In this document: piece after piece, positions 1 through 9,049 of the stretch | Layout of the letters: the number at the start of each line of letters is the position of its first letter | How positions within the stretch are numbered: the stretch's first letter is position 1 | Source of the DNA: Tabrizicola sp. | GTDB lineage: Bacteria; Pseudomonadota; Alphaproteobacteria; Rhodobacterales; Rhodobacteraceae | NCBI RefSeq assembly: GCF_034366665.1 | Contig: NZ_JAXMMF010000030.1 | Location: forward strand, 6,016 to 70,015 | Direction of reading: 5' to 3' | Length of the DNA: 64,000 nt | The notes under the pieces: model-generated | Databases searched by the model: none | What the model saw: the letters and a program-made list of their open reading frames with translations, nothing else | Told to the model about the DNA's origin: nothing | Position numbers and translations under genes: made by a program

Positions 1-507
1 CATCAGGTAGACGGAAAACGGCAGCTGCAGGATCGTGTGCAGGATCGCGAGGCCGAAGTGGTTCCCGGTCAGGCCAAGCTTGGCGAACATCAGGTAGATC
101 GGCACCAGAAGCGCCTGATAGGGCACCATCATCGACGCCAGGATCAGGACGAACCAGATCTCTTTCCCCGGGACCGGGAAGCGAGCCAGGGCAAAGCCGG
201 CGGGGACCGACAGGGCGAGGCAGAGGACGATGGTCATCCCCGCGACGAGGGTCGAGTTGCGGACATAGGTCCAGATGCCCTGCTGGTAGTTCGCGACCTT
301 CTGGTAGTTCTCGGTGCTGAGGGACGAGGGCAGGTAAGTCGGCGGCACCGCCGAGGTCTCGGCCAAGGGTCGGAAGGACGCAAGGAAGGACATGACCAGC
401 GGCATCAGCATCAGGGTGATGACGGCGATGCAGATCGCGGCCATCAGCCAGCCCTTGGCCCGGCGGGCGAGGGGTTTTGGGGGAAGGGCAAGGGATGCCG
501 TGCTCAT
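1..507 (-). CDS. carbohydrate ABC transporter permease (partial, runs off window start)
   Basis: Manual translation from ATG 507: MSTASLALPPKPLARRAKGWLMAAICIAVITLMLMPLVMSFLASF...NSTLVAGMTIVLCLALSVPAGFALARF...ILASMMVPYQALLVP, typical MalG-type permease; ATGA overlap with the upstream permease stop. Confidence 0.88.
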   Translation of the reverse strand, partial: MSTASLALPPKPLARRAKGWLMAAICIAVITLMLMPLVMSFLASFRPLAETSAVPPTYLPSSLSTENYQKVANYQQGIWTYVRNSTLVAGMTIVLCLALSVPAGFALARFPVPGKEIWFVLILASMMVPYQALLVPIYLMFAKLGLTGNHFGLAILHTILQLPFSVYLM

Positions 508-1373
508 CGCCGCCCCCGTTGCAGGCGCAACTGGAGGACGGTCATCGCCATGATGACGACCATCAGGATCACCGAGAGGGCGGCCGAATAGCCAAGGTCA
601 AAGCGGACGAAACCGGACTGGTAGATCCAGTAGACCGAAGTGAAGGTTTTGCCGCGTGGGCCCCCGCCGGTCATCAGGTAGAACTGGTCGAAGGCGAGCA
701 TGGAGCCGATGATCGAGATCACCGTGGCCATCATCAGCGACCGGGCGGCCAGGGGCAGGATGATGCGGCGGACCTGCAATGTGCGGGACGCGCCGTCGAT
801 GCGGGCGGCCTCGAACAGGTCGGCGCTGATCGACTGAATGCCGGCCATGATGAGGATCATGCCGAAGCCCACGACCTTCCAGGTGACCGAGATGATGACG
901 GCGGCGAGGCCGGTCTCGGCACGGCGGAACCAGACGACGGGTTCGTCGATGGCCCCGAGGTCGACGAGGAGCTGGTTGAAGAGGCCGACCTGCTGGTCAA
1001 AGAGCCAGAACCAGAGGAGCGAGGAAGAGGCGAGGCCGATCACCACGGGCAGGAAGACGACCGAGCGCGTCAGGCGGCGCAAGGGCGTGTTGGGGGACAC
1101 GAGAAGCGCCAGCGCGAAGCCGAGGCCCATGAGGATTGGCGTGATGACGGCGGTGTAGAGAAGCGTGAACTTGAAGGCCGCCCAGAATTTCGGATCGCCA
1201 AAGGCAGTGCTGTAGTTTTCCAGCCCGACCCACTCCCCCCCGCCCAGAAGCGAGGTCGAGGTGAAGGACAGCCAGACAAGGTGCACCATCGGCCAGAGGA
1301 CGAAGACGCCGACGAAGGCCAGCGTGGGGGCCAGCCAGGCAAGGCCGACAAGGGCGTTCCTGCGGGTGGACAT
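504..1373 (-). CDS. carbohydrate ABC transporter permease (MalF/UgpA type)
   Basis: Multiple TM helices, EAA loop 'LFEAARIDGAS', 'GLENY' motif. Confidence 0.92.
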   Translation of the reverse strand: MSTRRNALVGLAWLAPTLAFVGVFVLWPMVHLVWLSFTSTSLLGGGEWVGLENYSTAFGDPKFWAAFKFTLLYTAVITPILMGLGFALALLVSPNTPLRRLTRSVVFLPVVIGLASSSLLWFWLFDQQVGLFNQLLVDLGAIDEPVVWFRRAETGLAAVIISVTWKVVGFGMILIMAGIQSISADLFEAARIDGASRTLQVRRIILPLAARSLMMATVISIIGSMLAFDQFYLMTGGGPRGKTFTSVYWIYQSGFVRFDLGYSAALSVILMVVIMAMTVLQLRLQRGRR

Positions 1374-1424
1374 CTTGGCGTTCCCGGGGTTGGCGGGGGC
1401 CGGGCGGACCGGCCCCCTTGAGGG

Positions 1425-2675
1425 CTATTTGGCGGCGATGGCCAGCATTTCGGCCCGTGCGGTCTCGATGGCGCCGTCGACGTCACCGTCGAAGATCGCG
1501 GTCTGCACCATCGTGATCCAGGGCGAGGAATCCGAGTTCACCATGTCGGCGAAGTGGAAGACCCACGGCACATAGCCGACCGACAAAGCCTGGGCGGTGG
1601 TCAGCACCTTTTCGTTGCCCTTGGTGAACTCGTTGTCGGCAAGGTCGGTCCGGGTGGTCAGGATCGAGTTCTTGGCGAGGCCCTGAAGCTGCGCTTCGTC
1701 CGACAGGACCCAGGTCACGAATTCTCGTGCCGCGGCCTCGTTCTTGCCATTGGCCGGGATCGCCACGACGTCGCCGCCGACGAAGGCCGAAACTTGCCCC
1801 GGTTCAGCACCTGGCAGAAGCGTCAGGCCGTAGTTGAAGTCGGGGTTTTCGCGCTTCATCAGGCTGATGAGGAAGCCGCCGGTCCCCGCGATGCCGATCT
1901 TGCCCGAGGCAAAGGCGGACACGAAGTTCGCCCCGGTATCGATTTCCGCGTTCTCGGGGATCATCCCTTCGTCCCACATGGTCTTGTAGGCCTCCAGCAC
2001 CATCTTGACGCCGTCGCCGGTCAGCGCCTCGTCCTCGCCGTTGCGGGGCAGCATCTTGGACCCGGCGGCGACCATCATCGGCGAGGTGACGAAGATGTTG
2101 CAGCCGGGGCACGAGCCGGAGAACCAGAAGCCGTAGGTATCCCCGCCCAAGGCGCGGATCTTGCGGGCGTGGTCGACGACTTCGGCGATGGTCGTGGGCC
2201 CCTTTTCGGGATCAAGGCCAGCCGCCTTGTAGAGGTCCTTGTTCCAGGCCAGGACCGAGACGTCGGGCGTGAAGCCCACGCCATAGATCTTGTCCTCATA
2301 GGTCGCGATGTCCTTGTAGGCTTGGACGTGGGTCGCGTAGTTCGGATCGGCGGTCAGCTGGTCGGTCAGGTCGGTCAAGAGGCCCGCCTTCATGAAATCG
2401 GGCATGTAGATCAGGTCGAAGGACACCAGATCGGGCGAGTCGCCGGACTGGGCCGAGGTGGCAAGCTTGGTCACCATCTGGTTGTCGGGAATGGCGGTCA
2501 GGGTGATCTTGTTCTCGCTGGTGGAATTCCACAGGTCCACCATAAGCTTGCCGGGGTCGGCCGCGCTTTCGCGGACCCACATCGTCAGATCTTCGGCATG
2601 AACTGGCATCGCGGCCAGAACCGCGAAGAGGCCAGCAGTCAGAGGCCCGGTAAACCGGGTTCTGGGTCTGATCAT
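1425..2675 (-). CDS. sugar ABC transporter substrate-binding protein (family 1)
   Basis: Signal peptide ending VHA, 'PDLVSFD', 'WNKDLYKAAGLDP'; start moved to ATG 2675 behind an AAGGGAGGA RBS. Confidence 0.9.
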   Translation of the reverse strand: MIRPRTRFTGPLTAGLFAVLAAMPVHAEDLTMWVRESAADPGKLMVDLWNSTSENKITLTAIPDNQMVTKLATSAQSGDSPDLVSFDLIYMPDFMKAGLLTDLTDQLTADPNYATHVQAYKDIATYEDKIYGVGFTPDVSVLAWNKDLYKAAGLDPEKGPTTIAEVVDHARKIRALGGDTYGFWFSGSCPGCNIFVTSPMMVAAGSKMLPRNGEDEALTGDGVKMVLEAYKTMWDEGMIPENAEIDTGANFVSAFASGKIGIAGTGGFLISLMKRENPDFNYGLTLLPGAEPGQVSAFVGGDVVAIPANGKNEAAAREFVTWVLSDEAQLQGLAKNSILTTRTDLADNEFTKGNEKVLTTAQALSVGYVPWVFHFADMVNSDSSPWITMVQTAIFDGDVDGAIETARAEMLAIAAK

Positions 2676-2738
2676 CGTCCATCCTCCCTTGGGTGCCGTT
2701 GCGGCACGGTGACCTGGCGGGGCTCCTCTCCCCGGGGT

Positions 2739-2756
2739 TCGGAAAAGCTTTTCCGA
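2739..2756. promoter_or_regulatory. LacI-type operator (perfect palindrome TCGGAAAAGCTTTTCCGA)
   Basis: 18-bp perfect inverted repeat upstream of the sugar ABC operon. Confidence 0.6.
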
Positions 2757-2818
2757 CATCGACGCGGACCCCGCCCGAGGCTGAGCCTTGCAGGGCGGGG
2801 TGCGGTGGCGGGTGAGTC

Positions 2819-2832
2819 GGAAAACGTTTTCC
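2819..2832. promoter_or_regulatory. LacI-type operator (GGAAAACGTTTTCC)
   Basis: Perfect 14-bp palindrome with central CG, LacI/GalR-like; nearly identical to the 2739 site. Confidence 0.65.
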
Positions 2833-2901
2833 TAAGGGAATGGAACCACAGTCAGGCGCGCTGCGTCAATGCACTTGATGGCAGGCGGCGCGGCCAGCGT
2901 C

Positions 2902-3456
2902 CTAGGCCGCAAGTGCACCCAATGCGTCGCGCAGATGGCTGAGGCCGCGATCATCCACGCTGTGCCCAAGCCCGTCGAACAGCCGAAGCGTGGGCGCGGC
3001 CCCGGCGGTCGTCAGCCAGCCCGCCGTGGCCTGGGCCAGGGCGGCGGGGAGGACGGGGTCGGCGGTTCCGTGCAGAAGCGTGATGTCGGGCCAGTCCGTG
3101 CGGTTGGGCACCGGCCCGGCAAGGCGACCGGAGAGCGCGAAGACCGCACGGGCGGGCATCCCGTCAGCCACGGCGTGCAGCGCCATGATGGCACCTTGCG
3201 AGAAGCCGATCAGCACGGTCTGGGCGGGGTCTCCCAGCGCCTTCATCATCGCGCGGAAGCCGGGCAGGGCGGCGGCGATGCGGGCGGGGCGGTTGTCCTC
3301 GGTGATGCCCTTGACCGAGAACCATTGCCGCCCCGGCCCCATGTCGAAGGGCTGCGGGCCGTCGGGGACGTCAGCCTTGAGGCCAAGCGCCTCGGCGAGG
3401 GGGCGCATGCCGGCACCACTGCTGCCGACGCCGTGCAGAAGGACGACCCGGGTCAT
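2902..3456 (-). CDS. phospholipase/carboxylesterase (alpha/beta hydrolase, YpfH/MhqD-like)
   Basis: LLHGVG, GFSQG nucleophile, HGTADPV, GLGH catalytic triad motifs. Confidence 0.85.
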   Translation of the reverse strand: MTRVVLLHGVGSSGAGMRPLAEALGLKADVPDGPQPFDMGPGRQWFSVKGITEDNRPARIAAALPGFRAMMKALGDPAQTVLIGFSQGAIMALHAVADGMPARAVFALSGRLAGPVPNRTDWPDITLLHGTADPVLPAALAQATAGWLTTAGAAPTLRLFDGLGHSVDDRGLSHLRDALGALAA

Positions 3457-4418
3457 GCGGCGGCCTGCAGGAGAGCCGCCACATGGTCCGGCCCGGCGGG
3501 CACGATGCCCGTGGGGTTCAGCGCCTTGATCGAGTAGTAGCCGGCCTTGATGTGGTCGAGGTCGACGGTCGCGGCGACCCCTGGCAGGCGCAGAATCCGC
3601 TCCATATAGGTCTGCAGGCGGGGGTAGTCGGCGATCTGGCGGCGGTTGGTCTTGAAAAGCCCGTGGTAGGCGGGGTCGAAGCGGATCAGGGTGACGAAAG
3701 TGCGGATGTCCGTTTCGGTCAGCCGGTCACCGAAGAGGAAATCCCCGGTCAGGCGGGATTCCAGCTCGTCCAGCATGGCGAAGACGCCGGCGACGGCCTC
3801 GTCATAGGCGGCCTGGGTGCTGGCGAAACCGGCCTTGTAGACGCCGTTGTTCAAGGCATCATAGATGCGGGGGTTGAGGGCGTCGATGTCGGCGGCCAGA
3901 TCGGCGGGGTAGAGGCGCAGGTCGGACGGGGCCAGATGCTCGAACGCGGTGTCGAACATCCGCAGGATGTCGGCGCTTTCGTTCGAGACCATCACATTGC
4001 GGGCCATGTCCCACAGGACCGGGACGGTGGCGCGGCCGGTGAAGTGGTCATCGGCGCGGGTATAGATCTGGTGCATGTAGCTGGCGGCGAAGAGGGGGTC
4101 CTGGTCGGCCCCGGGATGGCCGCCGAACTGCCAGCCTTGCGTTGTCAGGACCGGGTTCAGCACGGTGACCGGGATCAGGTCGGCAAGCCCCTTCAGGCTG
4201 CGTCCGATCAGGGTGCGCGAGGCCCAGGGGCAGATCAGCGCGACGTAAAGCCGGTAGCGCCCGGCCTCGGCCTTGAAGCCGCCTTCGCCGGTGGGGCCGG
4301 GGCTGCCGTCCGGGGTGATCCAGTTGCGGAAGCTGGAGGTCTGGCGCACGAAGCGGCCCTTCTCGTCGGCCTTCTGCACCGGCTGCCAATCTTCCGTCCA
4401 TTTCCCGTCGACAAGCAT
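3453..4418 (-). CDS. yqjG: glutathionyl-hydroquinone reductase (GST Xi class, YqjG/ECM4-like)
   Basis: CPWA active site, 'GRATVPVLWD', 'NNGVYKAGFA', 'HIKAGYY'; start MLVDGKW at 4418. Confidence 0.92.
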   Translation of the reverse strand: MLVDGKWTEDWQPVQKADEKGRFVRQTSSFRNWITPDGSPGPTGEGGFKAEAGRYRLYVALICPWASRTLIGRSLKGLADLIPVTVLNPVLTTQGWQFGGHPGADQDPLFAASYMHQIYTRADDHFTGRATVPVLWDMARNVMVSNESADILRMFDTAFEHLAPSDLRLYPADLAADIDALNPRIYDALNNGVYKAGFASTQAAYDEAVAGVFAMLDELESRLTGDFLFGDRLTETDIRTFVTLIRFDPAYHGLFKTNRRQIADYPRLQTYMERILRLPGVAATVDLDHIKAGYYSIKALNPTGIVPAGPDHVAALLQAAA

Positions 4419-4419
4419 C

Positions 4420-5247
4420 TCAAGTCCCCTGATGAAAGACGAAGGACCGCATCGAGACCGACCCAAGGTCGATCGCGTCGGTCATGAAGGTAAGCTGGTC
4501 CCTGGCGTCCGACGCCCCGGCGATGGTCAGCGCGGGCATGTAGTGGTCCACAGTCGGATGCGCCATCCGCAGAAGGGAGCCAAGCCCCTCGCGGTCGGCG
4601 AGCGGTTTCAGATCGCGCGCTTCCAGCCGGTCGGCGAACATCCGGTCGAATTCGACCGCGAAGTCCTGCGGGGCACCGCCGAAGCGCATGGCGCGCAGGT
4701 TGTGGACGACGTTGCCCGACCCCAGGATCAGCACGCCCCGGTCGCGAAGCTGCGACAGCGTGCGGCCGACCTCAAGCTGATGCTCCAGCCCGCGGCCCAT
4801 GTCGATGGAGACCTGGAACACCGGCACCCTGGCCTGTGGATACAGGAAGCGCAGCACGGTCCAGGCCCCGTGGTCGAGGCCCCAGGTATCATCCTCGGCG
4901 GCGTGGTGGCTGGCCAGTAGGCTGACCACCTCGCGCGCGAGGGTCGGGTTGCCGGGGGCGGGGTAGTCCATCGCGTAAAGCGCGTCGGGAAAGCCATAGA
5001 AATCGTGGATCGTCTTCGGCAGGTTCGAGACATCGACCAGCGTGGTCCCCCGGGTCATCCAGTGGGCCGAGACGACAAGGATCGCCGCCGGTTCCGGCAG
5101 GCTTTGGCCCAAAGCGGTCCAGGAGCGGCTGTAGGGCGTGTCCTCCAGCGCGTTCATCGGGCTGCCGTGGCCCAGGAACACCACCGGCATCCGGGCCGAA
5201 GGGGCCAGCCGGTCGCGCAGGGCATGAAGGTCGGTGATCGCGCTCAT
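4420..5247 (-). CDS. ygiD: 4,5-DOPA extradiol dioxygenase (LigB family)
   Basis: 'FLGHGSPMN', 'VSAHW', 'TIHDFYGFP', 'GLDHGAW', 'GSGNVVHNL', 'AHPTVDHY'. Confidence 0.92.
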   Translation of the reverse strand: MSAITDLHALRDRLAPSARMPVVFLGHGSPMNALEDTPYSRSWTALGQSLPEPAAILVVSAHWMTRGTTLVDVSNLPKTIHDFYGFPDALYAMDYPAPGNPTLAREVVSLLASHHAAEDDTWGLDHGAWTVLRFLYPQARVPVFQVSIDMGRGLEHQLEVGRTLSQLRDRGVLILGSGNVVHNLRAMRFGGAPQDFAVEFDRMFADRLEARDLKPLADREGLGSLLRMAHPTVDHYMPALTIAGASDARDQLTFMTDAIDLGSVSMRSFVFHQGT

Positions 5248-5302
5248 GGGTATCTCCTGTGGAAAAGGGGGCCGCCCGGAGGCGGGGGCGGCCCGGAACG
5301 GG

Positions 5303-5710
5303 TCAGGCCGTCGCCAGCTTATGCGCCGAGGGCTTCACCGCATAGGCGCCGCTGCCCAGAAGCGCGATGACGCCCTGGATGACGGCCCAGAACAGCGGGA
5401 ATTCCCAGCCGCCGCCCTCGCTGGAGAAGACCCAGCCGTTGCCCGAGTGGACCCAGGTTGCGCCGAGGAGGACCGGGATCAGCGCCAGCGCCACGGCGCG
5501 GGTTGCGACCCCCAGGATCAGCGCAAGGCCTCCGGCGACTTCGGCGGCGATGGTCAGGTAGGCCAGGACGCCGGGCAGGCCGAGGCTTTCGAAGTAGCCG
5601 ACAGTGCCGGGAATGGTGAAGACGAAGACCTTCATGAGGCCGTGGGCGACGAAGAGCGCGCCACTGGAAACGCGAAGGATCAGAGCGGCGTAGTCGGTAT
5701 TGGACGACAT
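5303..5710 (-). CDS. DoxX family membrane protein
   Basis: 'LRVSSGALFVAHGLMK', 'E..GGLALILG', 'GGWEFP'; 4 TM helices. Confidence 0.9.
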   Translation of the reverse strand: MSSNTDYAALILRVSSGALFVAHGLMKVFVFTIPGTVGYFESLGLPGVLAYLTIAAEVAGGLALILGVATRAVALALIPVLLGATWVHSGNGWVFSSEGGGWEFPLFWAVIQGVIALLGSGAYAVKPSAHKLATA

Positions 5711-5799
5711 GGCAGGGGTTCCTTTCGGGGCCGCACTGTCGCGGCGGGTTTCGATGGCCCGTAGGTAAGGCTTGACGCCTTGGCATGAAATGGAGACGT

Positions 5800-5818
5800 T
5801 GTGGAATGACTATCCACA
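5800..5818. promoter_or_regulatory. inverted repeat TGTGGA-N7-TCCACA, probable LysR binding site
   Basis: Dyad between the divergent doxX and lysR genes. Confidence 0.45.
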
Positions 5819-5829
5819 GGATGTTCTGA

Positions 5830-6726
5830 ATGGACCTGATCGACGAACTCAAGGCCTTCGTGGCCACCGCGCAGACCGGGTCTTTCACGGTGGCGGCGGG
5901 GCAGTTGGGGGTGTCGAACCGGCTGACCTCGAAATACGTGGCCGAGTTGGAGGCGCGGCTGGGCGTGCGCCTGTTGCAGCGGACGACGCGGAAGGTCGGG
6001 CTGACCCCGGCGGGCGAGGACCTTCTGGCCCGCGCCCCGGCGCTCTTGGACGATCTGGATGCGCTGATTGGCGATGTGTCCGAAGGCAGTCGGGGGTTCG
6101 CCGGGGTGATCCGGGTCTCGGCCTCGGTCACCTTTGGCGAAATCTGGGTGGCGGGGATGCTGGAGCGGTTCGGGCGGGCCCATCCGGCGCTGTCCTTCGA
6201 TCTGCGGCTGAACGACCGGCATGTGGACCTGGCCGCCGAGGGGATCGACGTGGCGTTCCGGTTGGGCCGGACCGAGACACAGTCGCTGAAGGCGCGGAAG
6301 CTGGGCAGTTTCCGGTCCGTGCTGGTCGCCAGCCCGGACTATCTGGCGCGCCGGGGAACGCCGCAGGTACCGGCCGACCTTGCCCTGCATGACTGTATCA
6401 TCGACACCAACCGCCGCACGCCGCGGCGCTGGGTTCTGGGACCCGAAAGCGCGGCAGAGGCGGTGACGGTTCAGGGCCGGTTCCAGGTGAACTCGGCCCG
6501 GGCAGCGGTCGACCTGGCCGCCAAGGGGCTGGGCATCGCCTATGCGCCGCGCTTCGTGCTGGGGGGGGCGCTGGCGGCGGGGCAGGTGGTCCGGCTCTTG
6601 CCCGACCAGCCGGGTGAGGACGGCCCCCTTAGCGCGGTCTACCTGGAGGGCCGCGTCCTGCCGCGCAAGGTGCGGGCGCTGATCGACTTTGCTGCCGAAG
6701 ACATCAGGGCCGCCGATATCCTGTGA
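5830..6726 (+). CDS. LysR family transcriptional regulator (CrgA/DmlR-like)
   Basis: N-terminal HTH 'GSFTVAAGQL...LEARLGVRLLQRTTRKV', substrate domain 'VDLAAEGIDVAFR'. Confidence 0.93.
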   Translation: MDLIDELKAFVATAQTGSFTVAAGQLGVSNRLTSKYVAELEARLGVRLLQRTTRKVGLTPAGEDLLARAPALLDDLDALIGDVSEGSRGFAGVIRVSASVTFGEIWVAGMLERFGRAHPALSFDLRLNDRHVDLAAEGIDVAFRLGRTETQSLKARKLGSFRSVLVASPDYLARRGTPQVPADLALHDCIIDTNRRTPRRWVLGPESAAEAVTVQGRFQVNSARAAVDLAAKGLGIAYAPRFVLGGALAAGQVVRLLPDQPGEDGPLSAVYLEGRVLPRKVRALIDFAAEDIRAADIL

Positions 6727-6850
6727 TCCTGCCGTGCCGGGAATGGGTGACACGGCGCAAATGGACGGATTTCCAGAACAAATTTCTGGCCCACCGGGCC
6801 GCGCGGTAAACTTCCCACAACGCTGTCGAACTGCCGACAAGGGGGAAGTC

Positions 6851-8065
6851 ATGCTTGATGACATGCTGCATGTGATGGAGTGGCACAACGGGGACAAGGA
6901 CTATTCCCCCTTCTCCGACGCCGAGATGAAGCGCCGTCAGGATGACGTGCGGGGCTGGATGGCGGCCAATGATGTCGATGCGGCGCTGTTCACCAGCTAC
7001 CACTGCATCAACTATTACTCGGGCTGGCTGTACTGCGCTTTCGGCCGCAAGTACGGCATGGTGGTCACCCCAAAGGCCGCGACCACCATTTCCGCCGGGA
7101 TCGACGGCGGCCAACCCTGGCGGCGCAGTTTCGGCAGCAACGTCACCTACACCGACTGGCGGCGCGACAACTTCTACCGCGCGGTGCGGCAGCTGACGCC
7201 GGGGGTGCGTCGGCTGGGGATCGAGTTCGACCATGTGAACCTGGACTACCGCAAGGCGCTGGAAGCGGCGCTGCCGGGGGTGGAGTTCGTGGACATCGCG
7301 CAAGCCTCGATGTGGATGCGGTCGATCAAGTCGGCGGAAGAACACGCGCTGATCCGCACCGGCGCGCGCATCTGCGATGTGGGCGGCTGGGCCGTGGCGG
7401 GGGCGGTCAAGGCGGGCGTGCCCGAGCACGAGGTCGCAATCGCGGGCACCAACGCGATGATCCGCGAGATCGCGGCGTCCTTTCCCTTCGTCGAACTGAT
7501 GGACACCTGGACCTGGTTCCAGTCCGGCATCAACACCGACGGGGCGCACAACCCGGTGACGAACCGGAAGGTCCAGTCCGGGGATATCCTGTCGCTGAAC
7601 ACTTTCCCGATGATCTTCGGCTACTACACCGCGCTGGAACGCACGCTCTTTTGCGACCATGTCGATGACGCCAGTCTGGACATCTGGGAAAAGAACGTCG
7701 CCGTCCACCGTCGCGGGCTGGAGCTGATCAAGCCCGGTGCGAAGTGCAACGAGATCGCGCTGGAGCTGAACGAGATGTACCGCCAGTGGGACCTCTTGAA
7801 GTACCGGTCCTTCGGTTACGGCCATTCCTTCGGCGTGTTGTCGCACTACTATGGCCGCGAGGCCGGGGTGGAGCTGCGCGAGGATATCGCGACAGAGTTG
7901 AAGCCCGGCATGGTGGTCTCGATGGAGCCGATGGTGATGCTGCCCGCAGGTGTCCCTGGGGCAGGTGGCTACCGCGAGCACGACATCCTGATCGTGACCG
8001 AAACCGGGGCCGAGAACATCACCGGCTTTCCGTTCGGACCCGAGCACAACATCATCCGGAACTGA
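6851..8065 (+). CDS. creA: creatinase (creatine amidinohydrolase, M24 fold)
   Basis: 'WHNGDK..PFSDAEM', 'ELMDTWTWFQSGINTDGAHNP', 'GYGHSFGVLSHYYGREAG', 'GGYREHD'; ATG 6851 behind AAGGGGGAAG. Confidence 0.95.
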   Translation: MLDDMLHVMEWHNGDKDYSPFSDAEMKRRQDDVRGWMAANDVDAALFTSYHCINYYSGWLYCAFGRKYGMVVTPKAATTISAGIDGGQPWRRSFGSNVTYTDWRRDNFYRAVRQLTPGVRRLGIEFDHVNLDYRKALEAALPGVEFVDIAQASMWMRSIKSAEEHALIRTGARICDVGGWAVAGAVKAGVPEHEVAIAGTNAMIREIAASFPFVELMDTWTWFQSGINTDGAHNPVTNRKVQSGDILSLNTFPMIFGYYTALERTLFCDHVDDASLDIWEKNVAVHRRGLELIKPGAKCNEIALELNEMYRQWDLLKYRSFGYGHSFGVLSHYYGREAGVELREDIATELKPGMVVSMEPMVMLPAGVPGAGGYREHDILIVTETGAENITGFPFGPEHNIIRN

Positions 8066-8079
8066 TCCCTCAAAGACTG

Positions 8080-8106
8080 AAGGGGGCGAAGCGACCGGCC
8101 CCTTTT
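8080..8106 (+). terminator. possible intrinsic terminator after creatinase
   Basis: Imperfect AAGGGG/CCCCTT stem followed by TTTT. Confidence 0.45.
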
Positions 8107-8126
8107 GCCTGTGCGGCCCGCAGGAC

Positions 8127-8153
8127 AAAAGAAACGGGGGGCCGAAGCCCCCC
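8127..8153 (-). terminator. intrinsic terminator for creatininase
   Basis: GGGGGGC-CGAA-GCCCCCC hairpin with a T-rich tail on the minus strand (AAAAGAAAC on +). Confidence 0.65.
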
Positions 8154-8177
8154 AAGGTCACCAGGAAGAAGACAAGG

Positions 8178-8954
8178 TCAGCCGAACTCGGCCCGCAGGG
8201 CACCGATGATGCCCGTTGTGCAGACCTCCAGCAGGATATGGCCCTTCTCGACCGAGGCCTCCTTGGGCGAGGAGAGCGTGCCGGAACAGGGCGTCCATTC
8301 CGGCTTGACCGGATAGACGTCATAGGGCGGGAAGGTGGCGGGGGCGTGGTCCACGGCGCGGTCAAGGTGGACGTGTTCGGGGTGCAGCGCCAGCATCAGC
8401 GAGGTTTCCAGGACCCCGCCGTGTTCCACGTCCCAGCCGGGAAAGCCGCCGGGGTAAAGCTTGGCGATGGCCTCCTTGTGGACGAAGTCCCAGTAGGACA
8501 GGACCACGACCTTGAGGTCGGTGATCCCGTCCCAGCGCAGTTCACGAAGCGCAAGGTCGATGCCTTCCACGATGAACCACGAGTTTTCGAAATGGCCGTT
8601 GACGAGGCAGATCTTGCGCACGCCGTGGCGGGCGAATTCCTTGACCACGTCCTTCAGCGCCGCGACCAGCGTGGCGCCGTCAAGGCTGGTGGTGCCCGGC
8701 AGATGGTTCCCGCCGCCCGACTTCTGGTGCGACTTGTAGCCATAGGTGAAGGGGGGGGCGACCAGCGCGCCGATCTCCAGCGCCACGCGGCGGGCGAATT
8801 CGGTGGGCAAGAGGACGTCGACATGCAGCGGCATGTGGTGGCCGTGCTGCTCCATCGAGCCGATGGGGATCAGGATCGGCGTCTGCCCGCCCTGCACGGC
8901 GGCGGCGTAGTCGGGCCAGGTCAGGTGCGAGGCGAAGGCGGTGGAATGTTTCAT
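8178..8954 (-). CDS. crnA: creatininase (creatinine amidohydrolase)
   Basis: Metal ligands 'GSMEQHGHHMPLHVD', 'GYKSHQKSGGG', 'NGHFEN', 'WDVEHGGVLETSLML'. Confidence 0.92.
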   Translation of the reverse strand: MKHSTAFASHLTWPDYAAAVQGGQTPILIPIGSMEQHGHHMPLHVDVLLPTEFARRVALEIGALVAPPFTYGYKSHQKSGGGNHLPGTTSLDGATLVAALKDVVKEFARHGVRKICLVNGHFENSWFIVEGIDLALRELRWDGITDLKVVVLSYWDFVHKEAIAKLYPGGFPGWDVEHGGVLETSLMLALHPEHVHLDRAVDHAPATFPPYDVYPVKPEWTPCSGTLSSPKEASVEKGHILLEVCTTGIIGALRAEFG

Positions 8955-9020
8955 GAGGCGATACCTGTAAGGGATGGCCAAAATTACGTTGCCGGGGCCG
9001 CATAAGGAAAATATATTGTC

Positions 9021-9036
9021 TCAATGGTTCCATTGA
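9021..9036. promoter_or_regulatory. inverted repeat TCAATGG-TT-CCATTGA between creatininase and LysR
   Basis: Dyad in an AT-rich divergent promoter; an ATA-N9-TAT box lies at 9002-9016. Confidence 0.45.
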
Positions 9037-9049
9037 CGAGGCAAATGCA

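Noticed and set aside
6810-6849. Hairpin sequestering the creatinase RBS (ACTTCCC/GGGAAGT) as a possible riboswitch
   Set aside because: The 5' arm overlaps a likely -10 element (TAAACT, 6807-6812) and may not be transcribed. It does not resemble any aptamer I recognise.
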